Assembly: GCA_011109175.1 (NCBI GenBank)
Contig: RDEW01000005.1
Span: 62,001 to 126,000 of the forward strand
Source of the DNA: Dicyema japonicum
Lineage: Eukaryota > Animalia > Dicyemida
Direction: 5' to 3'
Length of the DNA: 64,000 nt
This document shows positions 1 through 12,027 of this stretch, piece by piece. Position 1 is the first letter of the stretch, and each line of letters begins with the position of its first letter. The notes beneath the pieces were generated by a model. The model had not been told where the DNA came from. It did not search any database and saw only the letters and a program-made list of their open reading frames with translations. A program made the translations under genes and the position numbers.

Positions 1-488
1 GTTTACACCATGGTAACATGGATTAGGAAGTGATTATGATTAATTACCCCCTTAATAGAGTTGATATTGTAGGTTGAGGGAGATGATGAACTCAAGAAGA
101 TACAACTAATGGAACTCGCAATCTGAATGGGACCTATCGGAATGACTCCAAGAATTATGGTTTTTATTTTAGAAATTATTAAATTTGTGATTTTGTAATT
201 AAAGGTCGGTCAAATTCATATGAGACATCGAGTTCTCTTCTCTTTTCTCCTATGCGAGGATCTGTCCCTTCAATGGGTCCCATGTACCTTGGAACTGGAG
301 CCGCTTCATATGCTAGTGTATCCGATCCACTTACGACTCCACAAGTTGTACAACAGCCAGTTTTTCTGAGTTATTTGCCTCCCAACGGATTTATCTCAGA
401 TATGGGAAATGTGTTCTATGTTGATCCTTCTTTTGTTGGGAGTCCCCTATATGAGGAATCATATGGGTTCAATGAAAAGTCTAATTAG
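1..488 (+). CDS. QKI: STAR/quaking-type KH RNA-binding protein, 3' part (QUA2 domain plus Pro/Tyr-rich tail), multi-exon, partial
   Basis: 73-150 encodes VEGDDELKKIQLMELAI[fs]LNGTYRN, matching the QUA2 motif EGxDxLKKxQLMELAILNGTYR. A 45-nt GT-AG intron (160-204) joins it in frame to ORF 252-488. One base is missing near 122. Confidence 0.85.
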
Positions 489-714
489 GCATCAGATTTA
501 ATTATTTAAACAATTTTCATTGATTTTGTGCACAATAATTAATTAAAATAGTCAAGGTTCATTCAGGGAGCCGTCCTGTATGTTCATGCGAGGGTACGAA
601 GGAAGAACACCGGGCAAAGATGAGGTATCTGTTAGAATGCATCAGGATCACGTGATAATTAGTTTAGTTTTACCGTGGTCTTGGGTTAAAAAAAGGTCGT
701 ACATAAATATTCCG

Positions 715-860
715 TGGAACAACCCAAGGGAGAATGTATGTTTGTACCAACCAAATCCATCCTCCAATAGTCCATTACAAGCTTCCCTTCAGAAGTAAAG
801 AAATAGGTCCACCCTCTTCCATTTTCATCACGAGTCCAACCCCTGAGGACATAATGAAGG
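715..860 (-). mobile_element. Diverged fragment of SINE family C
   Basis: ccaaatccatcctccaatagtccattacaagcttcc...aggtccaccctcttccattttc matches the copies at 24888, 26340, 33835 and 48255. Confidence 0.65.
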
Positions 861-1254
861 CAGATGACTAAAATTCAAAGTTTCAAGACGACTATCTTCA
901 TTAAATGGATCGACAAAATACGTAGTGACTGAAAGTGAAATAAAAAGTAGGATTTCATTCCCCGAAACCTTCAACGCCTCCTTGCTTAGAGGACTTCTTA
1001 GAACGTATGTTCTTTTTAAAATTCTTAAACTTTGAAAGACCTCATCTTGTAGAGCGAAATCCAATAACGGAAGACTGTAACTTTGACGAGTTCTAGCAAC
1101 CAAATACTATATTACAGCTCAGCAGAAGGAGGGGAACTTAATAACTTCATTTACAGGTTTATTGTAAGGTAAATAAAATTGGGGTAATGTGAATCCAGCA
1201 TATCTCCAACCAATTATGAGTTTTCTTAAATTTTCGACTTGTAAACCGAATTAT

Positions 1255-1640
1255 TATTATTAGCACTTTCACGAGAGCCATAATATTTATAGCCCCGCAT
1301 GTGCAGCAAAAAATATAAGAGAAAGAGTTAGCTTGCTACAGGCTTTTCTGTTCTTAACCAGATTCCTCAGTGTGTCCAGGTCGTCACCAAATGCCAATGT
1401 TTTCTTTACGGTTTTCAGATCGTTTTGTAAAACGACCGAGAGGGTTGTTCTCGGTCTTCCACGAAAGCGTTTTACATGGAAGGAGTAGTAATCTTCCATG
1501 GATATATCGGCGAGAGGGGGATGTTGGGTCCAACCTCAGGACGTGTCCAAAAAGTCTCAACGAGAGCTAATGATCTCGAGACTTATTGGTGTACAGTCAC
1601 ACTTATTGTACAGTCTTTTCCACGAGATCTTGGATGGCCA
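1255..1640 (-). mobile_element. RTE-clade LINE 3' end
   Basis: Close reverse complement of 54790-55145. Encodes FRGRPRTTLSVVLQNDL...DLDTLRNL and ends in gctctcgtgaaagtgct(aat)n. Confidence 0.8.
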
Positions 1641-2084
1641 GGACATTCCAGTTATTTATTAATAATCGAATTATATATTTAATGTCACCGTCCATTTGCC
1701 GGACCGTACTTCACATTTTTATAATAAAACATATTATTTTACATGATAATGAGATAATGCTATCAATTCTCAAGATTAAAAATAAAAACTTAATTGTTGG
1801 AAAAAAACTATTCATTTTTATGCTTATTATTCACATAATGATGTGTCTGGTTGAAAATGTCGTAGAATCTAAAATTAGGGTTTAGAGAAGGGTTTATGAA
1901 TAAAATCTGTAGGGTTATTTTTAAGGTTAGGGCAGAGGTTTCAGAAAAATTATTATCGTGCCACACTAAGCGTAGTTGGTTATCCTTTAAAACCAAATAA
2001 AATCTTGTTAAAAACGTGTCAGATTTTTGAAGTTGGCTTGTTGTTGTTCTTGTTTCAATGTCAATTATTTACAACATTGTTAGA

Positions 2085-2500
2085 AATAAATATACTTTTA
2101 TTAAGGAAAGAAAAAAGAGTAAACGGTAATTTAGCGGCTGCCCTGACTGCGTGGCTATTCCCTTTCAGGATAGCGAGCGAGATTCGCTCAAATAACAAGC
2201 AGCGCTCACGAGAGTCTCCTGATCGTGTAGCGATCCGATTCTTTAAACGACTCAAGAATTTCAGTGTCGCAGGCGCAAGGGAACCAGACGTCTCAACGGC
2301 GAGTGGAACAAACAAAAAATCCTTGGGTAGGCCCGCGTACTTTTCCCGTTTCATATTCTCGGCTTCTCAGCTGCAGAACAGGCTCCAGAGGCACTCTGGA
2401 GTAGGTAGCAAGAGGCAAATGTGTCGGTGCAGAAACGTAACAAGGGGTCCCGGATTTAAAAGAGAAGATTGTCATCCCATAGACCTGTTCTACTTTTGTC
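2085..2500 (-). mobile_element. CRE-like (RLE-type) non-LTR retrotransposon 3' fragment
   Basis: GMTIFSFKSG...KYAGLPKDFLFVPLAVETSGSLAP...LFERISLAILKGNSHAVRAA, the restriction-like endonuclease C-terminus. Same family as 10185-10400 and the end of 19560-22430. Confidence 0.85.
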
Positions 2501-2509
2501 TCTGAAGTT

Positions 2510-4990
2510 TACTCTGAACTTTACACTTCGTCGATAACTGTCATCGCTGGCGACCTTAACGCAAAAGTGGGAATTCAAAGAGACCCGGATGAAACATTTA
2601 TGGGAAGACATGGAAGAGGAATAAGAACGTTGCAGGAACACTACTTGCTAACTTCTGTCAGGCAAACGGACTATTCCTCAATAACACTGCATTAATGCAC
2701 CCCGCAAGACACAAAACTACCTGGACAGGGTGTAGGAAGAAATCTTGTGGTGAATTTATAAACATCTACAATCGGATTTGTCGAACCAAAGATAAAACTC
2801 TTTTCACCAACGCAAGGTCATATGGCGGATGGAATATTGACAGTGACCTCAAAATGGTCATCGCCACTGACACCTAACCAAAAGAAAATAAATACCAAAG
2901 GGCCACACGATACACATAACAGAGAAAACTTTACCTAAACAGACTATCATTACAACGAAAGAGGGATGACTACAGGAGATGCCTCGACATGAAGCTGAGC
3001 AATGTGGAAACAAATCAACAAATCCCCAAAGTCTGGAAACAACTACAAGAATCAATACGAGGGGCAGCGGACAAACAGCTTCTAGACACAGAAATGGTAG
3101 CACATCACCAAGGGGGACAACAGAGATATCACTCCTTGTAAAGAAACAAAAATCTATTTGGCTTCAATATTAAACACTGAAGACAAGCAATCAAAGAGGA
3201 GCTTAGTCGTGAAACAAATATAAGAGAAAATCAGAAAGTACGTTTCCACTATGTCAAGGAACGAGACTGAGGAACAGATCAAGGCACTTGAAGATCTGAA
3301 GGATAATGGAAGGTACTCTGAGGCGGTCAGATTACTCCGTATTCCGTGGGCCTCAAACACAGACAACCTCTAATCATGAACGACGAAAATGGCATGCGGA
3401 TAGCAGACTCTGCAGAATTAATTGCTGGTCGCTTCAAGAAATTGTTTAAGTCAGACAGCAACAGAATTGTAGCATTTATTGTTAATTCCAGGAATTTAAA
3501 GGTGGAAATAACTCCCGCAGAAGTGCGACAAGCCTGTCTTAAGCTTAAAAACAACAAAAGTCCGGGATCAGACTGGCAAGAACCAGAGCTACTAAAGTAT
3601 GGAAGTGAAAACCTACATACCCTCATGCGGACCTCTTCAATGGAATGTTTAAAACAAACAACCACTTATTTTTCGGACAAGGAATACTGGTCCTGTCCAA
3701 AAACAGAACAAAGCTAAGGGAAAAGTAGAACCTCGGGCCAGTAATTCTTATGAACAGCATAGGATAGTACTTGCAATTATTACTCTACCTCGTACGAACA
3801 ATTTTTATCTGAGTTCCACAGCGGGTTTCGAAAAGGAAGGTCGATTTCTGACATTGTGTGGACCATAGTCGATTTCTGACACTATTCAAAGGTTCAAAAA
3901 CGCGACAAACATTCTTGGAATTGATATGTCTTTTGACTCAATCAATCGTCAGAAATTGATAAATGTCTCACAGAATTCCTTGACGAATTATCTTCCGGAT
4001 AGTCGGGTACTTTGATCAGAAATTTACAAATCGGTCAGGTACGGGAAAGCGCTCTAAGCCATGTGAAACAACATCTGGACACCTCAAGGGATTCGTTATC
4101 TCCCATACTATTTGTCATAGACCTGGAAGCTGCATTGAGGAGTTAAACCATACTATGAAGCAAAAATCGATGTGGTGGCTTATGCGGATGACGTGGATTT
4201 CATTTTTCTCGACAGGAATGCTCTGGAAAGCCTATTGAAGATGATACCAAATAAACTCGCCCAGTAGTTCCTCAAGGTAAATGTGGAGAAAACAGAATTT
4301 ACTGAACTTGTCAGACAAATGTTTAAGCTGGACGAACATTGAATAAAAGCTAAGAAGCTTGGATCTCTATTGGGAGACGAACAAGACGTGACTATGCGAA
4401 AAACATATGCCAATAGCGAACTACGTAGCATAAAAGAAAATTGGCTAAAGGACAAGGGACTCAGTACACAAACACAGATACTTTTATACAATTCACTGGT
4501 GGAACCTATCCTCTTTTATAATGCCGGAACATGAGAACTTTCTAATACGGACACTTCAAATCTAGACTCGTTCCATAGAGACCAACCTCGACGTACTCTA
4601 GCTTACAAATGGAATTCGAGGCTCAGCAGTAAAATAATTTATTCGAGGACATCAAACAAACCAATCTCTCTCGAAATTACAGAATACAGGTGAAGGTTAT
4701 TCGGATACATCCTAAGGATGGATTTGGAGACAGCGGCAAACACCGCTATGGAGGACTATTCCGAAGCGGACGGATCACGTTTCCGGGGCGCCAAGAAATA
4801 CTCTCCCGGTTACACTGGACAGAGACCTTCGGAGAGTTGGGAAACAATCAAAAGACGTGGACGACTTTGACGCCTTATGGGACTTGTCCAGGACAGGGAA
4901 ATGGAAGAAATTAATAACTTTAATTGTTTCCTGTGTTGCACAAGATTTGTCATGTCTCATGATATCGCGAAAGTGCTAAATAATAACAAT
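2510..4990 (+). mobile_element. Degenerate RTE-clade LINE (APE endonuclease plus RT, to 3' tail)
   Basis: IAGDLNAKVG, GRHGRG, HPARHKTTW, NARSYGG..DSD (APE); GFRKGRS, TPQGDSLSPILF, AYADDVDF, LKVNVEKTEF (RT). Tail cgcgaaagtgctaaataataac. Many stops and frameshifts. Confidence 0.9.
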
Positions 4991-5469
4991 AAACCAAGAT
5001 CGAAAGGTAGGGCCGTCAGGTGATCCTGGCTCCCTTGATCAGCCGCCTCATCTTTCCTCGGTGTTCCTCCCGAGTGCCGACACACTTCCTGTATGGACGA
5101 ATCACTTTTCAGAGGTTTAGGAGTTTTGGCTGAGCTCCCGTTCTCCTCACAAGTTCCTCGAACGGGGTTGGTTTTAATGACGAGGAGGATCTTTGTAGGG
5201 TTTACTGTCTTTTGGAAGGAGTTTGATTTATTTAGGTTGGTGTGGGATTCAATTAACCCTCATTAATCCGAACTTTAATAATCAGAATTTTTGATGAGTT
5301 AGCAAATTTTACCAAGTTTCCTTACAAACAGGCATCAATAAACCGAAACTTCATAGTCCGAAAAATATCTATTAAAAATTTCGGATTAATTTATTTTGTT
5401 TTTATCATACATTCAGATGAATTTACATTTAAATTTAAATCTAATAGTAACCAAAATTTTTTTTAAAGC

Positions 5470-5650
5470 CTTTTCACGAGAGCCATAGTATTTTATAGCT
5501 CCGCATAGGCAGGACACACACTTTATTTAAGTAAAGAACAGTTAATTTAACTAATCGTAGAACCAAGGAATGATCTTCACTTTTTTTTTTTCTTTTTCTT
5601 GTGTGAGTGTCCTTTCTAGACAATCCAGTTCCGCAGTGAGTATTCACTGA
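5470..5650 (-). mobile_element. 3'-terminal fragment of a second RTE subfamily
   Basis: Reverse complement of 41306-41495; shares the ggctctcgtgaaa RTE tail. Confidence 0.7.
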
Positions 5651-5749
5651 TAACGGCGTCACTCGTCAGTACCAAATTGTTAGAAAAAAAAGTAATATTT
5701 GTAAAAATACATAAAATATAACGAGTTGAATTTATTTATAAGCAAAAAA

Positions 5750-5900
5750 AGGACAAAACATTAGTTAGCTGCCGCCCTCACTGCGTGGCTGTTCCCCTCT
5801 CAGAATTGCGAAGGAAATTCGCTCAAACAGCCAGCGGCGTTCGCGGAGATCTCCAGTGCATGAGGTGATCCGGTTTCCAAGACGTCCGAAAAACTCTACA
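5750..5900 (-). mobile_element. CRE-like 3' end fragment
   Basis: gccgccctcactgcgtggctgttccc...agaattgcg..gaaattcgctcaaacagcc encodes LFERISxAILRGNSHAVRAA on the minus strand. Confidence 0.75.
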
Positions 5901-6524
5901 TATTTTTGAATATTTTAATTTTAAAAATCTCGCTTAATCATAAATTCTGTCTGTGGCTCTTCAATTATGTCTATAAGAAAATAAGTAAAAAACGGATAGA
6001 AAACGTCTTTTCAACCTCAATTGACTTAGAATTTTGCAATCACATCAGACCACCGGCCAAATTGTCCTTTGCCACGAAACATTTAACCAGAATAAAAAGT
6101 AAAATCTGGAGTGACACTTTAATTCAAAGCATTGTGATTTTTTCAAGAAAACATCCGATTGGCAGTGCACGAATACTAGCTGTGGAAGAACTCCAAAAAT
6201 ATTAAAATTGAAAGTTCAACATTTAATTATTAGAAGCAGTCTAGGACTACTAATATTGGAAGCTTCATCGTGAGTCAAACTTTTTTTCTAAAATTGTCAC
6301 AGCAACTATTCCAAAATTTTTCGAAATAAACAGAGATTTTAAATCAAATTAAAAATACACCGTTATCCCAAAAACAAATTAATAAGATTTTTCTTTAATA
6401 TGACGAGTCAAATTACTGATGAAAATTTGTTGTTCTTGTCTTGAGTTAAAAATGACAAGTTGAGACCTAGACATAACACTAGTGGCGAATGAAATGCAGA
6501 ATAATTTAACTCAGAAAAACGTGC

Positions 6525-6630
6525 GGGAAGCGGTCTGGCTGAGGCAAAGAATTGGTATCGCAGTTGTTCGCGGAAACGCTTACTCCGTGATGTCAGCAGC
6601 CGCTCTCCCCCATAGTTAATAAATAATATT
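6525..6630 (+). mobile_element. RLE-type non-LTR 3' end (second CRE-like subfamily)
   Basis: REAVWLRQRIGIAVVRGNAYSV followed by an AT tail; related to 31060-31260. Confidence 0.65.
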
Positions 6631-6914
6631 TTATTGTTAATAAATTTTTGATATTAAAAAAAAAATTTAACTCATTAATTAGACTATATTAAACATAATT
6701 TTGTTATATTTTATTATTTTAAAAAGTGGCTCTTCAATTTTTTTAATTGCCAAAAAAACAAAAATTAAATGAAAGACCTTGACATCGGTCCCCTTTTTCG
6801 GAGGAAAAATGAAATTTTTAATTTGTCTAAAAACGTGATTGGTGTTGCAGAGGACAAAAAACTATGGTTACTGGTGCTATATAAAACCCACTAAGCGCTT
6901 TAATTCCCTTAACA

Positions 6915-6992
6915 ATTATAGTACTCCCTAAGGACTTATAGTACCCCTAAATAGTTATAGTAATCCCTAAGAAATTATAGTACCCCATAAAA
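6915..6992. repeat. Minisatellite, about 4 copies of a ~20-bp unit (ttatagtaYtccctaa...)
   Basis: attatagtactccctaagga / cttatagtacccctaaatag / ttatagtaatccctaagaa / attatagtaccccataaaa. Confidence 0.8.
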
Positions 6993-7049
6993 ATAAGTTT
7001 TTTCACCATAAACAACAAACATTAATAGTTAGAACTTATTTTTCAAAAA

Positions 7050-7900
7050 TCTTCATGAAAATTGTAAATGGGCAGTCATATTTAAATTCGTACCCCTCAA
7101 TTGTGATTTTTCCTTCTCCCTCTCATCAATTACAGATGTCAATGTCGCCTTTTTTCCTTTGCAACGCCAGTCTCACCGTGATTTAGATTGATGGATAGAG
7201 CAAGTTGTTTCTAGCACTTAAACGAACCTATTATTATTTTTTATTATTAACAAGCACACCGCAAGACAACGTTAGTAAAGTTATCTCGCATGTGCCATCC
7301 TCTCCTGGATGCGTTTTGTTAATCGCTTCCAATTCCCTCTGTTCTTTGATACGTCCCTCAGGTGCTCAAGATCATCTGCCGACGTCAACCCTTTCCCAAT
7401 CGAAGTTAGGTCTTGATGTAGAAGGGTTGGTAGAGTAATTTGTGGTTTTCCCCGGAAAGTTGATCCTGGATGAGGAGCATAGTGGTGTTCTATCGCGAGA
7501 TTAGCGGGTAACAGAAAGGGTTAAAGAAACATCATAAACTGTGGTGTCAACAACGTATACCAAGAATTCTGTACGTGGATTTTCTAAGGAATGCAATTCA
7601 CTCATTACAATGTTGAGTAATAGAGGACTGAGCACTGAACCCTGGGGGACATATCTTCTCAGCTAAATTTCACGAGACTCATAGTTAGAAAAATTAACAA
7701 TTGACCGTATGTCCAAGAGTAAACTTCGTATCCAAAAATAAAGTTCCTTTTCAGTACCACATATCGCAAGACAAATAAGAAATCCAAGATTAAGAAAGCA
7801 ATTAGGGAGTTACCCGAACCATCAAGATCCTACTTGAAAGACTTCGGATCACAAAAATTCCCAAAACGTTCCAAATATATAGCAATGCGTTTATTTTAAT
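7050..7900 (-). mobile_element. Jockey/I-group LINE RT fragment
   Basis: LAICGTEKELYFWIRSLL...VPQGSVLSPLLLNIVM...VYVVD (degenerate YADD). Confidence 0.7.
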
Positions 7901-8525
7901 GGTCCCAATTTATACTTGTCAGATCTTAGCGTACTAGAGCAGGCTTGAAACACCTTTTTAGTCATGTCTTTTGTATGAGTTCATATTGTGCTCTCCACCA
8001 CAAATTAAGCAACTTTCGTTTTCATTGCAGAACTTCGCTATTTGCACGAATTTTTGGCATCGGAATCACCTTCTGGTCGCTCAGGAAAAGAGATCTCAAA
8101 TTTATCTACCACTTAAGGATATACCACGTCCACTTGGTAGTATGTTGTAACAAAGTCCATGCAAATGTATTCTGAGTAACTCTGGTTTCAATCAGATTCT
8201 TAAACGAAGTAGTGATATAACATAACAAAGATGACCTATAAATTATGTGACCTATTGTCCCCATTCCCATAATATACATTCGACATCACAACCTTCGACG
8301 GTCGAAACAAAAATATTTGCTCGACCGATTTTAGCTTTGTTTACAACAAGTAAATTGTTTATATTTAAATTTAGGTGAATAAATTTCGACTTCTCCTAAC
8401 TCAGGGACCAACCCCTACTTTAACATAAAAATCATTTCACCCCCGAATGGAAGCAATATAGAGAAACACCCTATGCCTAAAACCCCAATTCTAACTCCAT
8501 AAAACACCAGCTAATTCCAATAAAG

Positions 8526-9969
8526 TCACAACTCATCTATAAAACTATAGCGGTTGGATGATGGGGCCAAATGCTTGAATTTCGACTCCTTTGGCTCGGA
8601 AGTCTCGAAAGAAACATTCTACTGTCAACCCACATGCTACCCCGAACATATTATCGCTCTTTCCGATATCCGAAATGTCCAGATTGTGCAATTTCTTATG
8701 CAACTTTCCACTAAAAAAGTCGTTTATAAATTCCACAAGTTCCCTCATATCAGAACTACCACGTGCTTAATACCACCATACTTGAATGCCTCCTCCACAT
8801 TCCCAGGAAACATAAACATATGGGCGAAACTGTCTATAACCAATAGTGGACAGTCCATAACGCTCTTCCCCATGTGGAATAGTGGGTGTTCAAACATATG
8901 ACAGTCCACGTGTACATACTTCACTTTATCTACCAAATCAGCGTTCCCCAACCATCAATCTGGTACAGAATAGCATCAAATTGGCGTTCAAAAGATTCGA
9001 GGATCTGTTGCTTGTTTTTTGACAAAAACAGGATTATCAACGGTTTCCTTTCGTCCGTTAATTCCTAAATAACAAAAAATCTAACTTCAGCGTTCTGGAA
9101 GGTCATATAGATGATCTTGTCCTTCATCACCTTCCTCACCCAGTCTCCTAGCAAAGAAAAGTCAGTCAGTTCCCCATCAAAGTAGATCCACGTGTCCTAA
9201 AATAACACAGAGTTCCACTTCTTTGGCGTTGTAGCAACGGATGCTCTCCCCATTTTGCATTTCTTCCACAAAACTGGAATAAATGACATGTGCTACTTCT
9301 CCGCGACATAGAACTCTTTGAAAAGCGCCACAAAGGAAGAGATCTCCATGGAGGATGTCTGAGAGAAGAATCCGATAAGGAAATTCTTCTTTTTCTGCGA
9401 TAAAACACCAATCAAACCTGTTTCAAGTTGTTCAGATCTTCCACGTGGTTTAAACGAATGCTTTTATCACGTGAAAGTTCTTCCAGATGGGAGATTATAG
9501 TATCGACAGACCTTTCTCCGCGATATTCATTGATTTTAACCCCATGTGAGTAAATGAACGATGTTGGGAATTTGAAGATTTTATTTTCTTGACAGAATTC
9601 GGCTGAAATTAGGAAAAGCACTTTACAGAAAGAGACGCAGTCTACGGTGGCGATTTTCACGGATTCATACAATTTCTAAGAAATAATGATTTTCAATGAA
9701 TTTAAAAAATAGGATAATTACAGGTCGTTTTTTCAGTTCTTCGGTGGTTCCATCTAGCACAATTTTCATGGCGTTCGAGTAAGGGCACCAGCCAACCAAG
9801 TATGCAATAATAACAATCTTATTTTCCTCTAAAGTTGAAAATTTGGATTAACTTGTCAACTCAGAAAATTTTGTCTGGTTGGAGTTCTTGAATCTCCGAT
9901 AAGGTTGAAAACGGTAAAAGCTAGCATTAAAGTGAAAAATACCGACAGGATGAATCCCACAATAAACAT
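8526..9969 (-). CDS. ERP44: Endoplasmic reticulum resident protein 44 (PDI family), about 10 micro-introns
   Basis: Signal peptide MFIVGFILSLLPFSTLS, CxxS site WCPYS, YMTFQNAEELTDE, VHVDCHMFEHPLFHMGK..DCPLLVIDSFAHM, SGKLH, and C-terminal ESKFKHLAPSSNRYSFIDEL* (ER retention). Introns of 21-26 nt plus one of 46 nt. Two apparent 1-nt frameshifts (~9865, ~9320). Confidence 0.93.
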
Positions 9970-10184
9970 GTTACGACTGCAAAATTTAAAATTTAAATCA
10001 ATTAAATTTAAATAAATTTTGAGTTTTATTATTGTCCGAATAAATTTATAATTTATTTTCATAAGTTGACTGAATCAAAAAATATTAATAAATATTAGCC
10101 ACTTTCAAAAATTAATATTTTTTGTCTGGGACATCACTTGCACCGATAATATTTTTTGTCTGGATATCACTTGCCTCTCTCAAC

Positions 10185-10400
10185 CTATTCCAGAGTGCCT
10201 CTTGAGCCTGTTCTGCTGCTGAGAAGGCGATAAGTTAAAACGGAAAAGTACGCGGTCCTACCCAAGGATTTTTTGTTTGTTCCACTCGCCGTTGAGACGT
10301 CTAATTCCCTTGCGCCTGCGACGCTGGAATTCGCTCGCCATCCTGAGAGGGAATAGCCACGCAGTCAAGGCAGCCGCTATATGACCATCTACTCTCTTTT
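10185..10400 (+). mobile_element. CRE-like 3' fragment with an internal deletion
   Basis: Near-identical to the reverse complement of 2090-2410 but lacking ~70 nt. Confidence 0.85.
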
Positions 10401-10599
10401 CTTTCTTAAATAAAATTAATAAAATTTAGTTGATAACCGGATAATTAGACTATTAAATTCTACAAAAAATTTCAAGTGCAGATAATTTGTGTTATCAGGC
10501 GTGATGTTCCCATAACTTAATTGATAAGTAATTTTGTAACTTAACCGGTAAATCATATAAACCGAATTAACAATCAATTGCGAAGTCATAAACTTAAGG

Positions 10600-11960
10600 T
10601 GAGCTTACTAAGATCTTTAGGCCTTAATAGTGTAGACTTGTCTTTGGAATAAATTTTCAACGCATCAAGTTTCGTAAGTTTTTACTGTCCAAATTATTCT
10701 AAGAAATATCACATTCAACAAAAAATGAGCTTATCGATCAAAGAGTCGGCTGATAGGAGAGAATATCAAATATTTTTATAATATTAGGAGTAGTAATAGA
10801 AATGATAAACCTGAATTTGAGATGTTCCTCAGACAAACGATACGATTTAATAAAAACTGTTTTTTTACAGTTGTGCCACATAAATTGCATTTCCTTGTGA
10901 GCTTTTGTTATCAAAATTTTATTAAAAAAATAATTCCGTTTAATTGAGCGAATGAAGAAATTTAACCGTTTCATATTCGAACAAGTTTCGTTCGCAATTT
11001 TGAGAGGAATTAGCCCTGGGGTTCGGGTTTCTTCATTCACTTTTTACTAATAATGTCAATGTTTTGACTTATTGACCTAAAAATTAAATTTTGACCAACT
11101 TTGACACTACGCCAATTTTTTGTTTTTTATTGACTTATTTTTTAACAATTTACCTGGCGGAAGGATTCCGTTTTGGTTTGTGCCTTCTTCATATCCTAAA
11201 AAGTGTGAGGTGATCCACCAGTCTCAGGAAATCCCTAATACTTGACCTGCCCTTAATGTGTTCCAAATTTAATTAGACCATAATTAACTGTCTCTTTCCG
11301 GTTTATCCTGGCTTATTAATAAATATTATTTAACACGTGGTGTCATTAAAATTTGAGAGTCGCTAGTCTAATTATAAGATGATCACATTGTGGATAATGT
11401 AATGTTCGCAACAAAGTAATCAATGACACTTGGGTATAAAACAGGTGATTGGTCCTTAAAAAGGCATGCCCACTGTCTATTGTCATCAAGATTATTAGTT
11501 ATCTTTGATTATGTATTCTAATAAATTAATACATAGAGTCATTAAACTATGGTCTTACAGCTACTGCTTCATCTTTCGATTTCGGAGAAAAACGATGAAA
11601 AAGGCGCAAGTGGAATATCACATGAATAGTTGTTACTCTATAACCCGTAGTTTGTCTAATATATTAGTGACAGCCTACTTTTTAATTGGATAGGTAACGT
11701 CGCATTGAAGTGCCTTCATTGTCTCATGAACTTTTTGTCTCCTTTCTTTTCACATTAATGCAACGAGTGACTCAAAAATCGCCTGAAATACAAAGCTTTT
11801 GATCAACGACCCTGATTCGGCTCAAGATAAATGCTAATCTGGTAGTGATTCGGTATAACCATTAATCTCCGTAGCAAACATTTCCCTAACAACTTCATAG
11901 TCCTAAGATAAACAGAATGATCTCTTAAGGGTATCAAATCCCCTCTATTCTGAGTACCCT
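10600..11960 (-). CDS. Putative unidentified multi-exon gene(s) between CPSF1 and ERp44
   Basis: Genome-typical 23-nt GT-AG intron at 11656-11678, other GT-AG segments, and an exon-like frame LTRKCNLCGTTVKKQFLLNRIVCL (~10830-10905). No complete frame could be built. Confidence 0.3.
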
Positions 11961-12027
11961 GATTTATTAAGCAAAAATTAAAAAAAATTATTCAATGAAC
12001 AAATTTTATGTTGTTAAAATAGAAAAG

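Noticed and set aside
10115-10173. Short direct duplications (aatattttttgtctgg...; also 24850-24890 and 40001-40053)
   Set aside because: Simple 20-28 bp slippage duplications in AT-rich upstream DNA, with no evidence of function.
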